In this document: positions 1 to 8,501 of the stretch, piece after piece | Numbering within the stretch: the first letter of the stretch is position 1 | How the letters are laid out: the number at the start of each line of letters is the position of its first letter | NCBI GenBank assembly: GCA_001899175.1 | Contig: MKVH01000024.1 | Coordinates: 883,127-947,126, forward strand | Direction: 5' to 3' | From: Candidatus Kapaibacterium thiocyanatum | GTDB taxonomy: Bacteria; Bacteroidota; Ignavibacteria; Kapaibacteriales; Kapaibacteriaceae | DNA: 64,000 nucleotides | Notes under the pieces: model-generated | What the model was told of the DNA's origin: nothing | The model's database searches: none | What the model saw: only the letters and a program-made list of their open reading frames with translations | Program-made: the position numbers and the translations under genes

Positions 1-331
1 GGAAGGTCGTGGGCGAAGGCGAAGCGAGATACTGGGACAGGGGATCGTTACCCTTCCTGTCGCGCGATGCCGAAATCTTGTCGAATCGTCGCACCCATAT
101 CGTGCGCCGTTCGGACATCATGGGATAGGAACGCGCGATGGAGAACACCGTATCCATCGATGTGCCTTCGCCGTCGATGACGTCGCTGTTCATGCCCGTC
201 GCATCGGTTGCAGCCGCTGCGGTGTAGAGAGCATTGGCAGCTTCGTCGACCTGGAATTCCTCTTCGCCGAACAGTAGCAGCACGGGCGGATAGGTGCCGT
301 TGCTGACGATGTCCCGGATGATGTCGGCCAT
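1..331 (-). CDS. DNA polymerase III delta subunit (HolA-like), N-terminal part; gene runs off the window start
   Basis: Manual minus-strand translation from ATG at 331..329 gives MADIIRDIVSNGTYPPVLLLFGEEEFQVDEAANALY..., the HolA N-terminal motif (LYGEEEF). No stop before position 1. The listed ORF 48..389 is a different, spurious frame. Confidence 0.5.
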   Translation of the reverse strand, partial: MADIIRDIVSNGTYPPVLLLFGEEEFQVDEAANALYTAAAATDATGMNSDVIDGEGTSMDTVFSIARSYPMMSERRTIWVRRFDKISASRDRKGNDPLSQYLASPSPTTF

Positions 332-342
332 GCGCGGACCCC

Positions 343-1404
343 TTACCGTTGCGTCGTCTTCGGATCCAGCGCGTCGCGCAGACCGTCACCGAACAGGTTC
401 AGGGCGAAGACCGCCACGGCCATGGCGATACATGGATAGAGTGTCATGCCCCAGTTCGTTCCGACGGCGATGTAGCCGTAGCCGTCGCGGATCATCTGTC
501 CCCACGATGGCGTAGGAGGTTGCACACCGAGGCCGATGAAACTGAGCGATGCTTCGGCGATGATGGCAGTGGCGAAACCTGCCGTGGACAGGACGATGAT
601 GGGACCGGCGGCATTGGGAAGCATATGCCGCCATATCGTCCGCGCCGTGCCGTAGCCGAGAGCCCGCGTGGCTTCCACGTATTCCTGTTCGCGGATCGAG
701 AAGAACTGTCCGCGTACGATACGGGCGATGTCCACCCACGACGACACGCCGATGGCGATGAACGTCTGCCAGTATCCCTGGCCGAGGATGACGCTGAAGG
801 CGATGACGAGCAGGATGGTAGGGAAGGACCATACGACGTTGACGAACCACATGATGACGTCGTCGACCCATCCTCTGAAGAATCCCGCCAGTGCACCGAG
901 CAGGATACCGATGGCCAGGGCGATGGACTCGGAGATGAGACCGACGCTGAGACTGACGCGCATGCCGTAGACCAGACGCGAGAACATGTCGCGGCCGAAG
1001 CGGTCCGTACCGAGAAGGAAGAGCGGTTCATCGTACCATTCGTCCTGGCCCTTGCCTGCAAGGGCCGATATGGCGATGCGGTAGTCCTGTCCCGCCGGAT
1101 CGACGTAGTGCACCGAATCGCCACGCAGTTCGAAACGATCGATGGCGATGATGGACGGAGTGGAAGGATCGGACGGGTTCTTCTTGTACAGGACCTTGCC
1201 GCGGAAGCCAGCTGGCTTCACGGAGTATTCGAGGATCTGCGTCGTAGGATCGAACTGCGTGACCACCGGTGCGCCGATGGCCATGAGGACCATGACGACG
1301 AGGATCGAGAGACCGACGACGGCACCGGGATTCTTCCTGAGACGGCGCCATGCCAGACGACCAAGGCTCTCACCCTGCTCCTGCGTTGATTGCTGCTTGC
1401 TCAT
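343..1404 (-). CDS. ABC transporter permease, OppC/DppC family (peptide/nickel type)
   Basis: ORF 343..1611 trimmed to MSKQQSTQE... at 1404, whose ATG overlaps the stop of the upstream permease (ATGA). Multi-TM protein with the conserved EAA-like region of binding-protein-dependent permeases. Confidence 0.85.
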   Translation of the reverse strand: MSKQQSTQEQGESLGRLAWRRLRKNPGAVVGLSILVVMVLMAIGAPVVTQFDPTTQILEYSVKPAGFRGKVLYKKNPSDPSTPSIIAIDRFELRGDSVHYVDPAGQDYRIAISALAGKGQDEWYDEPLFLLGTDRFGRDMFSRLVYGMRVSLSVGLISESIALAIGILLGALAGFFRGWVDDVIMWFVNVVWSFPTILLVIAFSVILGQGYWQTFIAIGVSSWVDIARIVRGQFFSIREQEYVEATRALGYGTARTIWRHMLPNAAGPIIVLSTAGFATAIIAEASLSFIGLGVQPPTPSWGQMIRDGYGYIAVGTNWGMTLYPCIAMAVAVFALNLFGDGLRDALDPKTTQR

Positions 1405-2321
1405 TTCAGGCGCACCTTGGGATCGATGAAGGCATAGACGATGTCGGCCAGCATGTTGACGACCACGAAGACGACGGCCGTGAACAACACCGTGCCCTGG
1501 ATCATCGGATAGTCGAGCTTCTCGATGGCATTGAATGCCGCCAGCCCGATGCCCGGCCAGTTGAAGATGAATTCGATGAAGTAGGTACCGGCGAGAAGGC
1601 CGGCGAACCATGCGCTCACCGTCGTGACCACGGGATTCAGCGCGTTGCGCAAGGCATGCTTGAAGAAGACCGTGATGTTGTTGAGTCCTTTGGCACGTGC
1701 CGTGCGGACGTAGTCCTGACCGAGCACGTCGAGCATGCTGCTTCGCGTGACGCGTGCGATGATGGACAGCGGACGTATCGCAAGCGTGATCATCGGCAGA
1801 AACAGATACTCGGGACCTCGATCGATGTAGCCGCTGTTCGGGAACCAGTCGAGCAGGACGCCGAAGACCAGGACGAAGAGCAGACCGACGACGAAGGCCG
1901 GTAACGAGATGCCGAAGAGCGAAGTGGACATCGTGAGCGTATCAAGCCACGAATTGGGCTTCCACGACGCGATGACCCCTAACAGGATGCCCAGGATCGT
2001 CGCGATGGCCATCGACGACACTGCCAGCAGGGCCGTGGGGCCGATACGCTCCTTGAGCGCTTCGTAGACGGGGCGGTTCGTAGCGATCGACGTCCCCATA
2101 TCCTTCTGCGTCAGGTTGTACATGTAGGTGGCGATCTGCACGGGCATCGGTTTGTCGAGGCCGAGCTGCTCGCGCAGTGCCGCCACGGATGCCGCGTCGG
2201 CCCGTTGTCCGAGCAGGACGCGCGCCGGATCACCCGGAGGACGGATGAAGAACGTCACCAGCACGACGCCGATGAGGACGAGGAATGAATAGAGGATCTT
2301 TCGCAGCAGATAGGTTGCCAT
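1401..2321 (-). CDS. ABC transporter permease, OppB/DppB family
   Basis: ORF 1401..2360; probable ATG start MATYLLRKILYSFLVL at 2321. Typical N-terminus and TM pattern of DppB/OppB. Confidence 0.85.
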   Translation of the reverse strand: MATYLLRKILYSFLVLIGVVLVTFFIRPPGDPARVLLGQRADAASVAALREQLGLDKPMPVQIATYMYNLTQKDMGTSIATNRPVYEALKERIGPTALLAVSSMAIATILGILLGVIASWKPNSWLDTLTMSTSLFGISLPAFVVGLLFVLVFGVLLDWFPNSGYIDRGPEYLFLPMITLAIRPLSIIARVTRSSMLDVLGQDYVRTARAKGLNNITVFFKHALRNALNPVVTTVSAWFAGLLAGTYFIEFIFNWPGIGLAAFNAIEKLDYPMIQGTVLFTAVVFVVVNMLADIVYAFIDPKVRLK

Positions 2322-2325
2322 CGGT

Positions 2326-3168
2326 TCACGCTCCCAGGGCGACGCCGTGCGGACCGGCAAGGTGGTCGATACTCACGCGTACCGCTTCGTTGACACTCGT
2401 GAGGCCAAGGAACTGCCGCGCAAGGACGGGGAATGACGGAGTATGGTCGGTAAGATAGAAGAGGACGTCCGGCGCCCTGCCCGTCGCTTCCTGCCGTTCG
2501 CCGAGCATGTCGGCGGCGGTGAGGGCCGTGCATTCGCCGCAGTCGATGAGTGCGACGCCGGGCAGCATCGATGCCAGCATCGGTCCGAGCAGGGGATAGT
2601 GCGTACATCCCAGGACCAGCGTATCGATATGATTGGCGATGAGCGGGCGGAGGTATTCCGCGGCGACGAGGCGCGTCGCCTGTGTGTCCAGCCATCCTTC
2701 TTCGACCAGTGGAACGAAGAGTGGGCACGGCTGGCTGTGTACCGTGATCGAACGAGGGCCGGCACTCCGGTCGATCGAGCGTGCATAGGAATTGCTCGCG
2801 ATCGTGGCGCGGGTGCCGATGACGCCGATCTGGCCGTTATGAGTGCGGGTCACCGCTTCCATCGCCGCGGGTTCGATCACGCCGAGGACGGGTACGGGCA
2901 TCTCCGCCTGCAGGATGTCGAGGGCGAGAGCCGATGCGGTATTGCATGCCACGACGATCATCTTCACGTCGTGCTGCATCAGGAAGGCCGAGCATTGCCG
3001 GCTGTAGTTCCGGATGGTCTCCGTGCTCTTGTTGCCGTAGGGCACGCGGGCAGTGTCGCCAAGGTAGACGAACCGTTCGTTGGGAAGGATACGGAACAGG
3101 TGCTTGAGTACGCTCAAGCCGCCGATTCCGGAGTCGAAAACGCCGATCGGGCGCTGGTCGTTCAGCAT
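2326..3168 (-). CDS. murI: glutamate racemase
   Basis: IGVFDSGIGGLSV ... VVACNTAS ... LGCTHYP motifs of MurI; 280 aa. Confidence 0.9.
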   Translation of the reverse strand: MLNDQRPIGVFDSGIGGLSVLKHLFRILPNERFVYLGDTARVPYGNKSTETIRNYSRQCSAFLMQHDVKMIVVACNTASALALDILQAEMPVPVLGVIEPAAMEAVTRTHNGQIGVIGTRATIASNSYARSIDRSAGPRSITVHSQPCPLFVPLVEEGWLDTQATRLVAAEYLRPLIANHIDTLVLGCTHYPLLGPMLASMLPGVALIDCGECTALTAADMLGERQEATGRAPDVLFYLTDHTPSFPVLARQFLGLTSVNEAVRVSIDHLAGPHGVALGA

Positions 3169-3221
3169 GACGGCAAATGTACGAAAGGGCAGGTGCCCTT
3201 CAGGTCTGTTATATTGAGTGT

Positions 3222-4766
3222 GTGAAACTCTCTCTTCGTGCCCGGCTGACCTTCATGTACAGTGCCCTCGTGGCACTGACGCTGGCAGCGTTCGCCGTGG
3301 TGGCGTATTTCACGGTGTCCAGTGAACTCAACGAGAACCTGGATGCATCGCTGTCGAGAGTGGCCGCCTCGCTCGAAACGGTGATACGGAAGGAACAGCA
3401 GGCCGCGAAGCGTCCGCTCATGCCGTTGCGTCGTGACAAGCGTACGAAGACGCCTGAACGTACCGACGACTTCGCCTTCCTGAACCGCGTGTCTGCACGC
3501 GACGTTGTTGGACCGGTCCTTCCACCCGAGAACGAGACGCAGCTCGACGACCCGGTATGGTCGGCCGTCTACGAACACATGCTTCTCAATTCGTCGAACT
3601 ATCTGATCCAGGTGAACGACCGTCAGGGGGTGATCGTATGGAGGTCCGACAATCTCCAGACCGACAGCCTGCCGCTGTTCTCGACGTTCGAACAACATGG
3701 GGCCAAGGTCGTCGACGACCGTATCCATACGTATTATACGCTCGGTGGCATACGCTATCGTCTGGTGCTGTATCGAGGTGGTGCGGCCGAGGTCGCCGCC
3801 GCCTATCCCGCCGGTGAGGTGGATGCGACGCTGCGGCGTCTGTTCTCACTGATGCTCTACGGTATGCCGGTAGCCATGTTGCTGTCGTCGCTCGCAGGAT
3901 GGTTCCTCGCCCAGCGTTCGTTGCGTCCGGTCGACGAGATCACGCTGTCGGCACGGAAGATCACGGCAAAGAATCTCGCCCAGCGTCTGCCGATGCCTCC
4001 CACGAACGACGAAATCGCGCGGTTGACGGAAACGCTGAACGAGATGATCGCGCGACTGGAGACATCCTTTACGCGCATCCGGCAGTTCACCTCCGATGCC
4101 TCTCATGAACTGAAGACGCCGCTCGCGATTCTCATGGGCGAGCTCGAGATCGCATTGAGACGCCCGATGACGGCCCATGAATACCGCGCGACGCTCGAAA
4201 GCTGTCTCGAGGAAGTGGAGCGTCTGACGAGTCTGGTGCAGGGGCTGCTCGACCTCTCCCGCGCCGATACCGGCCAGGTCATGGTCGACCGCAAGCCGCT
4301 GCGTCTGAGTGCGCTGGTCGAGGATATCTGTGACGACGTCATCATCCTGGCCGAGCAGAAGCGTATCGTTCTCGACCAGGACATCCAGCCTCACGTGATG
4401 GTGGACGGCGATCGAGTACGTCTCCATCAGGCCCTGCTCAACGTCATCGAGAATGCAGTGAAGTATACGCCGGACGAAGGCATGGTGCGTGTGCAGTTGC
4501 GGAAGAACGACTCCGATGCCGTCATCATCGTCGCCGACACCGGTATCGGTATTCCGGCAGGGGATACGGCCTTCATCTTCGACCGGTTCTATCGTGTGGA
4601 CAAGGCGCGGAGCAAGAGCATCCAGGGTACGGGGCTCGGCCTCGCCATCGTGAAGTGGATCGTCGACGCACATGACGGCACCATCGACGTCCACAGCGAG
4701 GAGGGAAGAGGAACGACGTTCACCATCTCCCTTCCCCTGCATCGTGAGGAAGTGGCTTCGGCATAA
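3222..4766 (+). CDS. sensor histidine kinase (two TM segments, HAMP, HisKA, HATPase_c)
   Basis: ORF 3177..4766. H-box SDASHELKTPL, then N, G1 and G2 boxes (DTGIGIP, GTGLGLAI). GTG at 3222 gives the typical N-terminus VKLSLRARLTF + TM; ATG at 3177 is also possible. No response regulator is adjacent. Confidence 0.8.
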   Translation: MKLSLRARLTFMYSALVALTLAAFAVVAYFTVSSELNENLDASLSRVAASLETVIRKEQQAAKRPLMPLRRDKRTKTPERTDDFAFLNRVSARDVVGPVLPPENETQLDDPVWSAVYEHMLLNSSNYLIQVNDRQGVIVWRSDNLQTDSLPLFSTFEQHGAKVVDDRIHTYYTLGGIRYRLVLYRGGAAEVAAAYPAGEVDATLRRLFSLMLYGMPVAMLLSSLAGWFLAQRSLRPVDEITLSARKITAKNLAQRLPMPPTNDEIARLTETLNEMIARLETSFTRIRQFTSDASHELKTPLAILMGELEIALRRPMTAHEYRATLESCLEEVERLTSLVQGLLDLSRADTGQVMVDRKPLRLSALVEDICDDVIILAEQKRIVLDQDIQPHVMVDGDRVRLHQALLNVIENAVKYTPDEGMVRVQLRKNDSDAVIIVADTGIGIPAGDTAFIFDRFYRVDKARSKSIQGTGLGLAIVKWIVDAHDGTIDVHSEEGRGTTFTISLPLHREEVASA

Positions 4767-4816
4767 GCTGTGTCGTGCGTAACTTTGCACCATGCTTGTA
4801 CTTCCGCATTCCCTCT

Positions 4817-7800
4817 ATGTTTGAATCGTTACCTGACGATTTCTCGTATCCCGCGCTCGAAGAAGAGATCCTTTCCTACTGGGATCATCATGACGTATTC
4901 AACGCTTCGTTGAAAGCGCGCGAAGGCAATCCTGTCTTCAGCTTTTTCGAGGGACCGCCGACCGTCAACGGCCGTCCTGGCATCCATCACGTGATGGCGC
5001 GCAGTATCAAGGATATCGCCTGTCGCTTCCAGTCCATGCGTGGTCACTACGTCCGCCGCCAGGCCGGATGGGATACGCACGGGCTTCCCGTCGAGCTCGC
5101 CGTCGAGAAGGAACTCGGTATCACCGAGAAGTCCCAGATCGAAGCGCTCGGCGTGGACAAGTTCAATGCCGCATGCAAGGACTTCGTCTATCGCAACATC
5201 GGGATGGACGATGGTTGGCGGACGCTCACGCGCCGTATGGGATACTGGCTGGACATGGATTCGGCCTACATCACCTGCACCAACGACTATATCGAATCGG
5301 TATGGTGGGCTCTGAAGCAGTTCTTCGAGAAGGGACTCATCTACAAGGGCTACAAGGTCGTTCCCCAGTCGCCGACGCTCGGAACTCCGCTGTCGTCCCA
5401 CGAGCTCTCCCTGAACTATAAGGACGTGCGCGACCCGAACGTCTATCTCAAGCTGAAGATCGTGGCATCGCCCATCGACAGGATCATCGGTGCTTCCATC
5501 ATGGTATGGACGACGACGCCGTGGACGCTCTTCGCCAATGTCGCTCTCGCGGTAGGGCCGGACATCCAGTACGTTCTCGTACGTAATACGCATACCGTCG
5601 GCAAGGATCAGGTGACCGAGAATCTCGTTCTTGCGGAGTCGCGCCTCGAGATCCTCGATGGTGAGGTCGAAGTGCTCGAACGCTTCACCGGTGCCGATCT
5701 CGTCGGTTCCTCCTACGAACAGATCTTCGACGACGTCGTTCTCGACGCCGCTGCGCATCCCAACGTCCTGCACATCCTTCCCGGTACCTTCGTCACGACG
5801 GAAGACGGTACGGGTGTGGTCCACATCGCTCCGGCCTTCGGTCAGGATGACTTCGAGCTGTCCAAGCAACATGGTCTGCCGGTTCCGCAGCCGGTGACGC
5901 CGAACGGCAAGTTCACGGATGAGGTGAAGGAATTCGCCGGACGTGCCGTGAAAACCTTCACGTATTCCGATCACACGGAAGAGGGAGCCGATCGCGATAT
6001 CGTCAAGACGCTCAAGATGCGCGGCAAGATCTACAAGGCGGCGTTCGACTATCTCCATAGCTATCCGCACTGCTGGCGTACGGACAATCCCGTCATCTAC
6101 TACGCCCGCGATTCCTGGTTCATCACGTCGCCTGCATACAAGGATCGCCTTGTCGCTCTCAACAGGGAGATCACCTGGCATCCCGAAGAGATCGGCACGG
6201 GACGTTTCGGCAACTGGCTGGAGGACGTAAAGGAGTGGTCGCTTTCGCGCGACCGGTACTGGGGTACTCCACTGCCCCTGTGGGTGAGCGAGGACGGTTC
6301 CGACATCATGGCCGTCGGCAGTATCGAAGAACTCGCGTCCGGTCTCTATGAAACCGACAGCGGCCAGAGAGTGGCCGTTGCCGATGCTGGTGTGGACATC
6401 GATCTCCATCGTCCCTTCGTTGACCGCGTCGTCTTCGAACGCAACGGTGTCACGTACCGTCGTGTCCGTGAAGTGATCGACGTATGGTTCGACAGCGGCT
6501 CGGTGCCGTTCGCACAGTTCCACTATCCCTTCGAGAACAAGGAACTCTTCGAGCAGTCGTTCCCTGCTGACTTCATCGCCGAAGGGATCGACCAGACGCG
6601 CGGATGGTTCTATACGTTGCACAACATCGCCACGGCTCTGTTCGACAAACCTGCCTACAAGCATGTCGCCGTGAACGATCTCATCCTCGACCGCAACGGA
6701 CACAAGATGTCCAAGTCGCGAGGCAACACCGTCGATCCATTCGAACTCATCGACAAGTACGGCGTTGACGCCATCCGATGGTATCTCATGGTATCATCGC
6801 CTGCATGGAAGCCCAAGCTCTTCAACGAAGAAGACATCGCGAAGACCGTCATCGCGGACTTTTTCCGCTCGCTGACGAATACGTTCGAGTTCTTCGCCAT
6901 GTATGCCAACATCGATGGCTATACTGGACGCGAGGCTCCCGTGCCAGTCGCAGAGCGGCCGGAGATCGACCGTTGGATACTCTCGAAGCTCAACACCGTC
7001 ATCGCCGAGTATATGGCGGCGATGGAATCGTACGAGTTCACGAAGGCATGCAGGGTGTTGCAGGAGTACGTGATCGACGACGTATCGAACTGGTACGTGC
7101 GACGCAATCGCAGGCGCTTCTGGAAGGGTGACTACGATGACGACAAGAAGGCCGCGTATCAGACGTTGCATCATGTCCTGCTCAGCGTCGTTCACATGGT
7201 CGCACCGATCGCACCGTTTCTTGCCGAATGGATTTTTCTTCGCTTGCGTACCGACGAAGAACATTTGAGCATTCATTGTAGTATATTGCACGCGTCCGAT
7301 GCATCATTGATTGATCACGATCTTGAGCATCGGATGTGGCAAGCACAACACATCGTTTCGCTTGCCCGTTCTTTGAGGGAAAAGGCGAAGATCAAGACGC
7401 GTCAACCACTGCGTCGTATTCTTCTTCCGGTAGATAGTCCGGCAGTACGTCGGCAACTGCAAACGGTGGAAGACATCATTCTCGAAGAGATCAACGTGAA
7501 GGGCATCGAATACGTATCCGACGATACCAACATCGTCAGACGTTCGACAAAGCCGAACTTCAAGATCATCGGAAAGAAGTACGGTGCGAACACGCAGGGG
7601 GTGGCGCAAGCGATCAAGTCTCTCGGCAGCGAACAAGTGCGCCGTTTGGAACAATCTTCGGTTCTGGCCGTTACGATCGGTGATCAAACGGTACAGATCG
7701 ATTTCGAAGATGTGGAGATCGTCAGCGAGGACATCGAGGGTTGGCTGGTAGCGTCCGATCAGGGAATCACGGTTGCCCTGGATACGGAACTGGATGGAGC

Positions 7801-8056
7801 TCTTCTACAGGAAGGCCTCGCGCGCGAGTTCGTGAGCAAGGTTCAGAAACTCCGCAAGGACTCGGGGTTCGATGTAACGGATCGTATCACCATCGTATAT
7901 GCTACGGACGATACGACATCGGATGCCCTGCAGACCATGCGCACGTACATTGCAACAGAAACGCTCGCTGATATCATTGACAGGGGGGACGGTCCATACG
8001 AGACCGATCTCGAGATCAATGGCTATCAAGTTGGCGTGCGCGTCCAACGCGTGTGA
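4817..8056 (+). CDS. ileS: isoleucyl-tRNA synthetase, type 2 (eukaryote-like / Bacteroidota-type)
   Basis: ORF from GTG at 4775; likely ATG start MFESLPDDFSYP at 4817. HMH-type class I signature (PPTVNGRPGIHH) and KMSKS; 1079 aa. Confidence 0.95.
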   Translation: MFESLPDDFSYPALEEEILSYWDHHDVFNASLKAREGNPVFSFFEGPPTVNGRPGIHHVMARSIKDIACRFQSMRGHYVRRQAGWDTHGLPVELAVEKELGITEKSQIEALGVDKFNAACKDFVYRNIGMDDGWRTLTRRMGYWLDMDSAYITCTNDYIESVWWALKQFFEKGLIYKGYKVVPQSPTLGTPLSSHELSLNYKDVRDPNVYLKLKIVASPIDRIIGASIMVWTTTPWTLFANVALAVGPDIQYVLVRNTHTVGKDQVTENLVLAESRLEILDGEVEVLERFTGADLVGSSYEQIFDDVVLDAAAHPNVLHILPGTFVTTEDGTGVVHIAPAFGQDDFELSKQHGLPVPQPVTPNGKFTDEVKEFAGRAVKTFTYSDHTEEGADRDIVKTLKMRGKIYKAAFDYLHSYPHCWRTDNPVIYYARDSWFITSPAYKDRLVALNREITWHPEEIGTGRFGNWLEDVKEWSLSRDRYWGTPLPLWVSEDGSDIMAVGSIEELASGLYETDSGQRVAVADAGVDIDLHRPFVDRVVFERNGVTYRRVREVIDVWFDSGSVPFAQFHYPFENKELFEQSFPADFIAEGIDQTRGWFYTLHNIATALFDKPAYKHVAVNDLILDRNGHKMSKSRGNTVDPFELIDKYGVDAIRWYLMVSSPAWKPKLFNEEDIAKTVIADFFRSLTNTFEFFAMYANIDGYTGREAPVPVAERPEIDRWILSKLNTVIAEYMAAMESYEFTKACRVLQEYVIDDVSNWYVRRNRRRFWKGDYDDDKKAAYQTLHHVLLSVVHMVAPIAPFLAEWIFLRLRTDEEHLSIHCSILHASDASLIDHDLEHRMWQAQHIVSLARSLREKAKIKTRQPLRRILLPVDSPAVRRQLQTVEDIILEEINVKGIEYVSDDTNIVRRSTKPNFKIIGKKYGANTQGVAQAIKSLGSEQVRRLEQSSVLAVTIGDQTVQIDFEDVEIVSEDIEGWLVASDQGITVALDTELDGALLQEGLAREFVSKVQKLRKDSGFDVTDRITIVYATDDTTSDALQTMRTYIATETLADIIDRGDGPYETDLEINGYQVGVRVQRV

Positions 8057-8115
8057 AGGTGGTACGCCAGGGTGGCGTACTAGATTTCATGTTCTACTTT
8101 TTGGAGGTACGTTCC

Positions 8116-8355
8116 ATGGCAGCAGCAAAGAAGGCAGCAGCCAAGAAGTCCGCAGCCAAGAAGGCGGCCAAGAAGACGGTAGCGAAGAAGGCTACCGCCA
8201 AGAAGGCAGCCAAGAAGGTTACGGCAAAGAAGGCTACGGCGAAGAAGGCAGCCAAGAAGCCGGCAGTGAAGAAGGCGGCGAAGAAGGCAGCCAGGAAGCC
8301 GGCAGCGAAGAAGGCAGCAGCCAAGAAATCCGCTGCAAAAAAAAAAGCCAAGTAA
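8116..8355 (+). CDS. lysine/alanine-repeat (AKKAAAKK)n histone H1-like basic protein, 79 aa; possibly the N-terminal module of the downstream DksA-like gene
   Basis: ATG at 8116 preceded by GGAGGT at 8103..8108. About nine KKAAAKK-type repeats, ending in the A10 run and TAA at 8353. Confidence 0.55.
   Translation: MAAAKKAAAKKSAAKKAAKKTVAKKATAKKAAKKVTAKKATAKKAAKKPAVKKAAKKAARKPAAKKAAAKKSAAKKKAK
8337..8346 (+). repeat. A10 homopolymer at the junction of the KA-repeat ORF and the DksA-like frame
   Basis: Read directly: gctgc aaaaaaaaaa gccaagtaa. A -1 shift here moves the KA frame into the frame that continues to the DksA domain. Confidence 0.9.
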
Positions 8356-8501
8356 GGGTTCGCTCTAACTCGGCTTCGAGCCCGAACAGGACTTCCAAAA
8401 AGACTTCGCCGAAGGCACAGGCTAAACCCTCTGTCGAACCGTCGAAAAACAGTACGGCTAAGAGTAATTCAGCTAAGTCCAAGTCAGCATCAAGTAGGAA
8501 C

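Noticed and set aside
48-389. 113-aa Arg-rich minus-strand ORF at the window start
   Set aside because: Wrong frame. The real gene is the HolA-like N-terminus starting at ATG 331 in another minus frame; this ORF's product is low-complexity and Arg-rich.
4829-6703. 624-aa minus-strand ORF inside ileS; likewise 12104..13477 (-) inside glnA, 18003..19043 and 19068..20396 (+) inside topA, 21550..22518 (-) inside speA, 27703..28773 (+) and 27968..28645 (-) inside the repeat protein, 53694..54974 (-) inside aspS, 57753..59552 (+) across tyrS/smpB, 60884..61687 and 61781..62809 (-) inside mutS
   Set aside because: Long antisense or shadow ORFs are expected at >60% GC. All are Arg/Asp/His/Gly-rich and low-complexity, with no motifs, and all overlap strongly supported genes.
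8116-8340. DNA-level periodic repeat aagaaggc(a/g)gc... that could be mistaken for a CRISPR-like or minisatellite array
   Set aside because: The repeats are in-frame codons of a KA-repeat protein. There are no unique spacers, no flanking cas genes, and the period is about 24 nt and degenerate.
8094-8351. Minus-strand ORF MAFFFAADFLAAAFF... (and similar 17617..18033 plus-strand FFAA ORF)
   Set aside because: Antisense translation of the lysine/alanine repeats (AAG/GCC complement gives Phe/Ala); an artefact.
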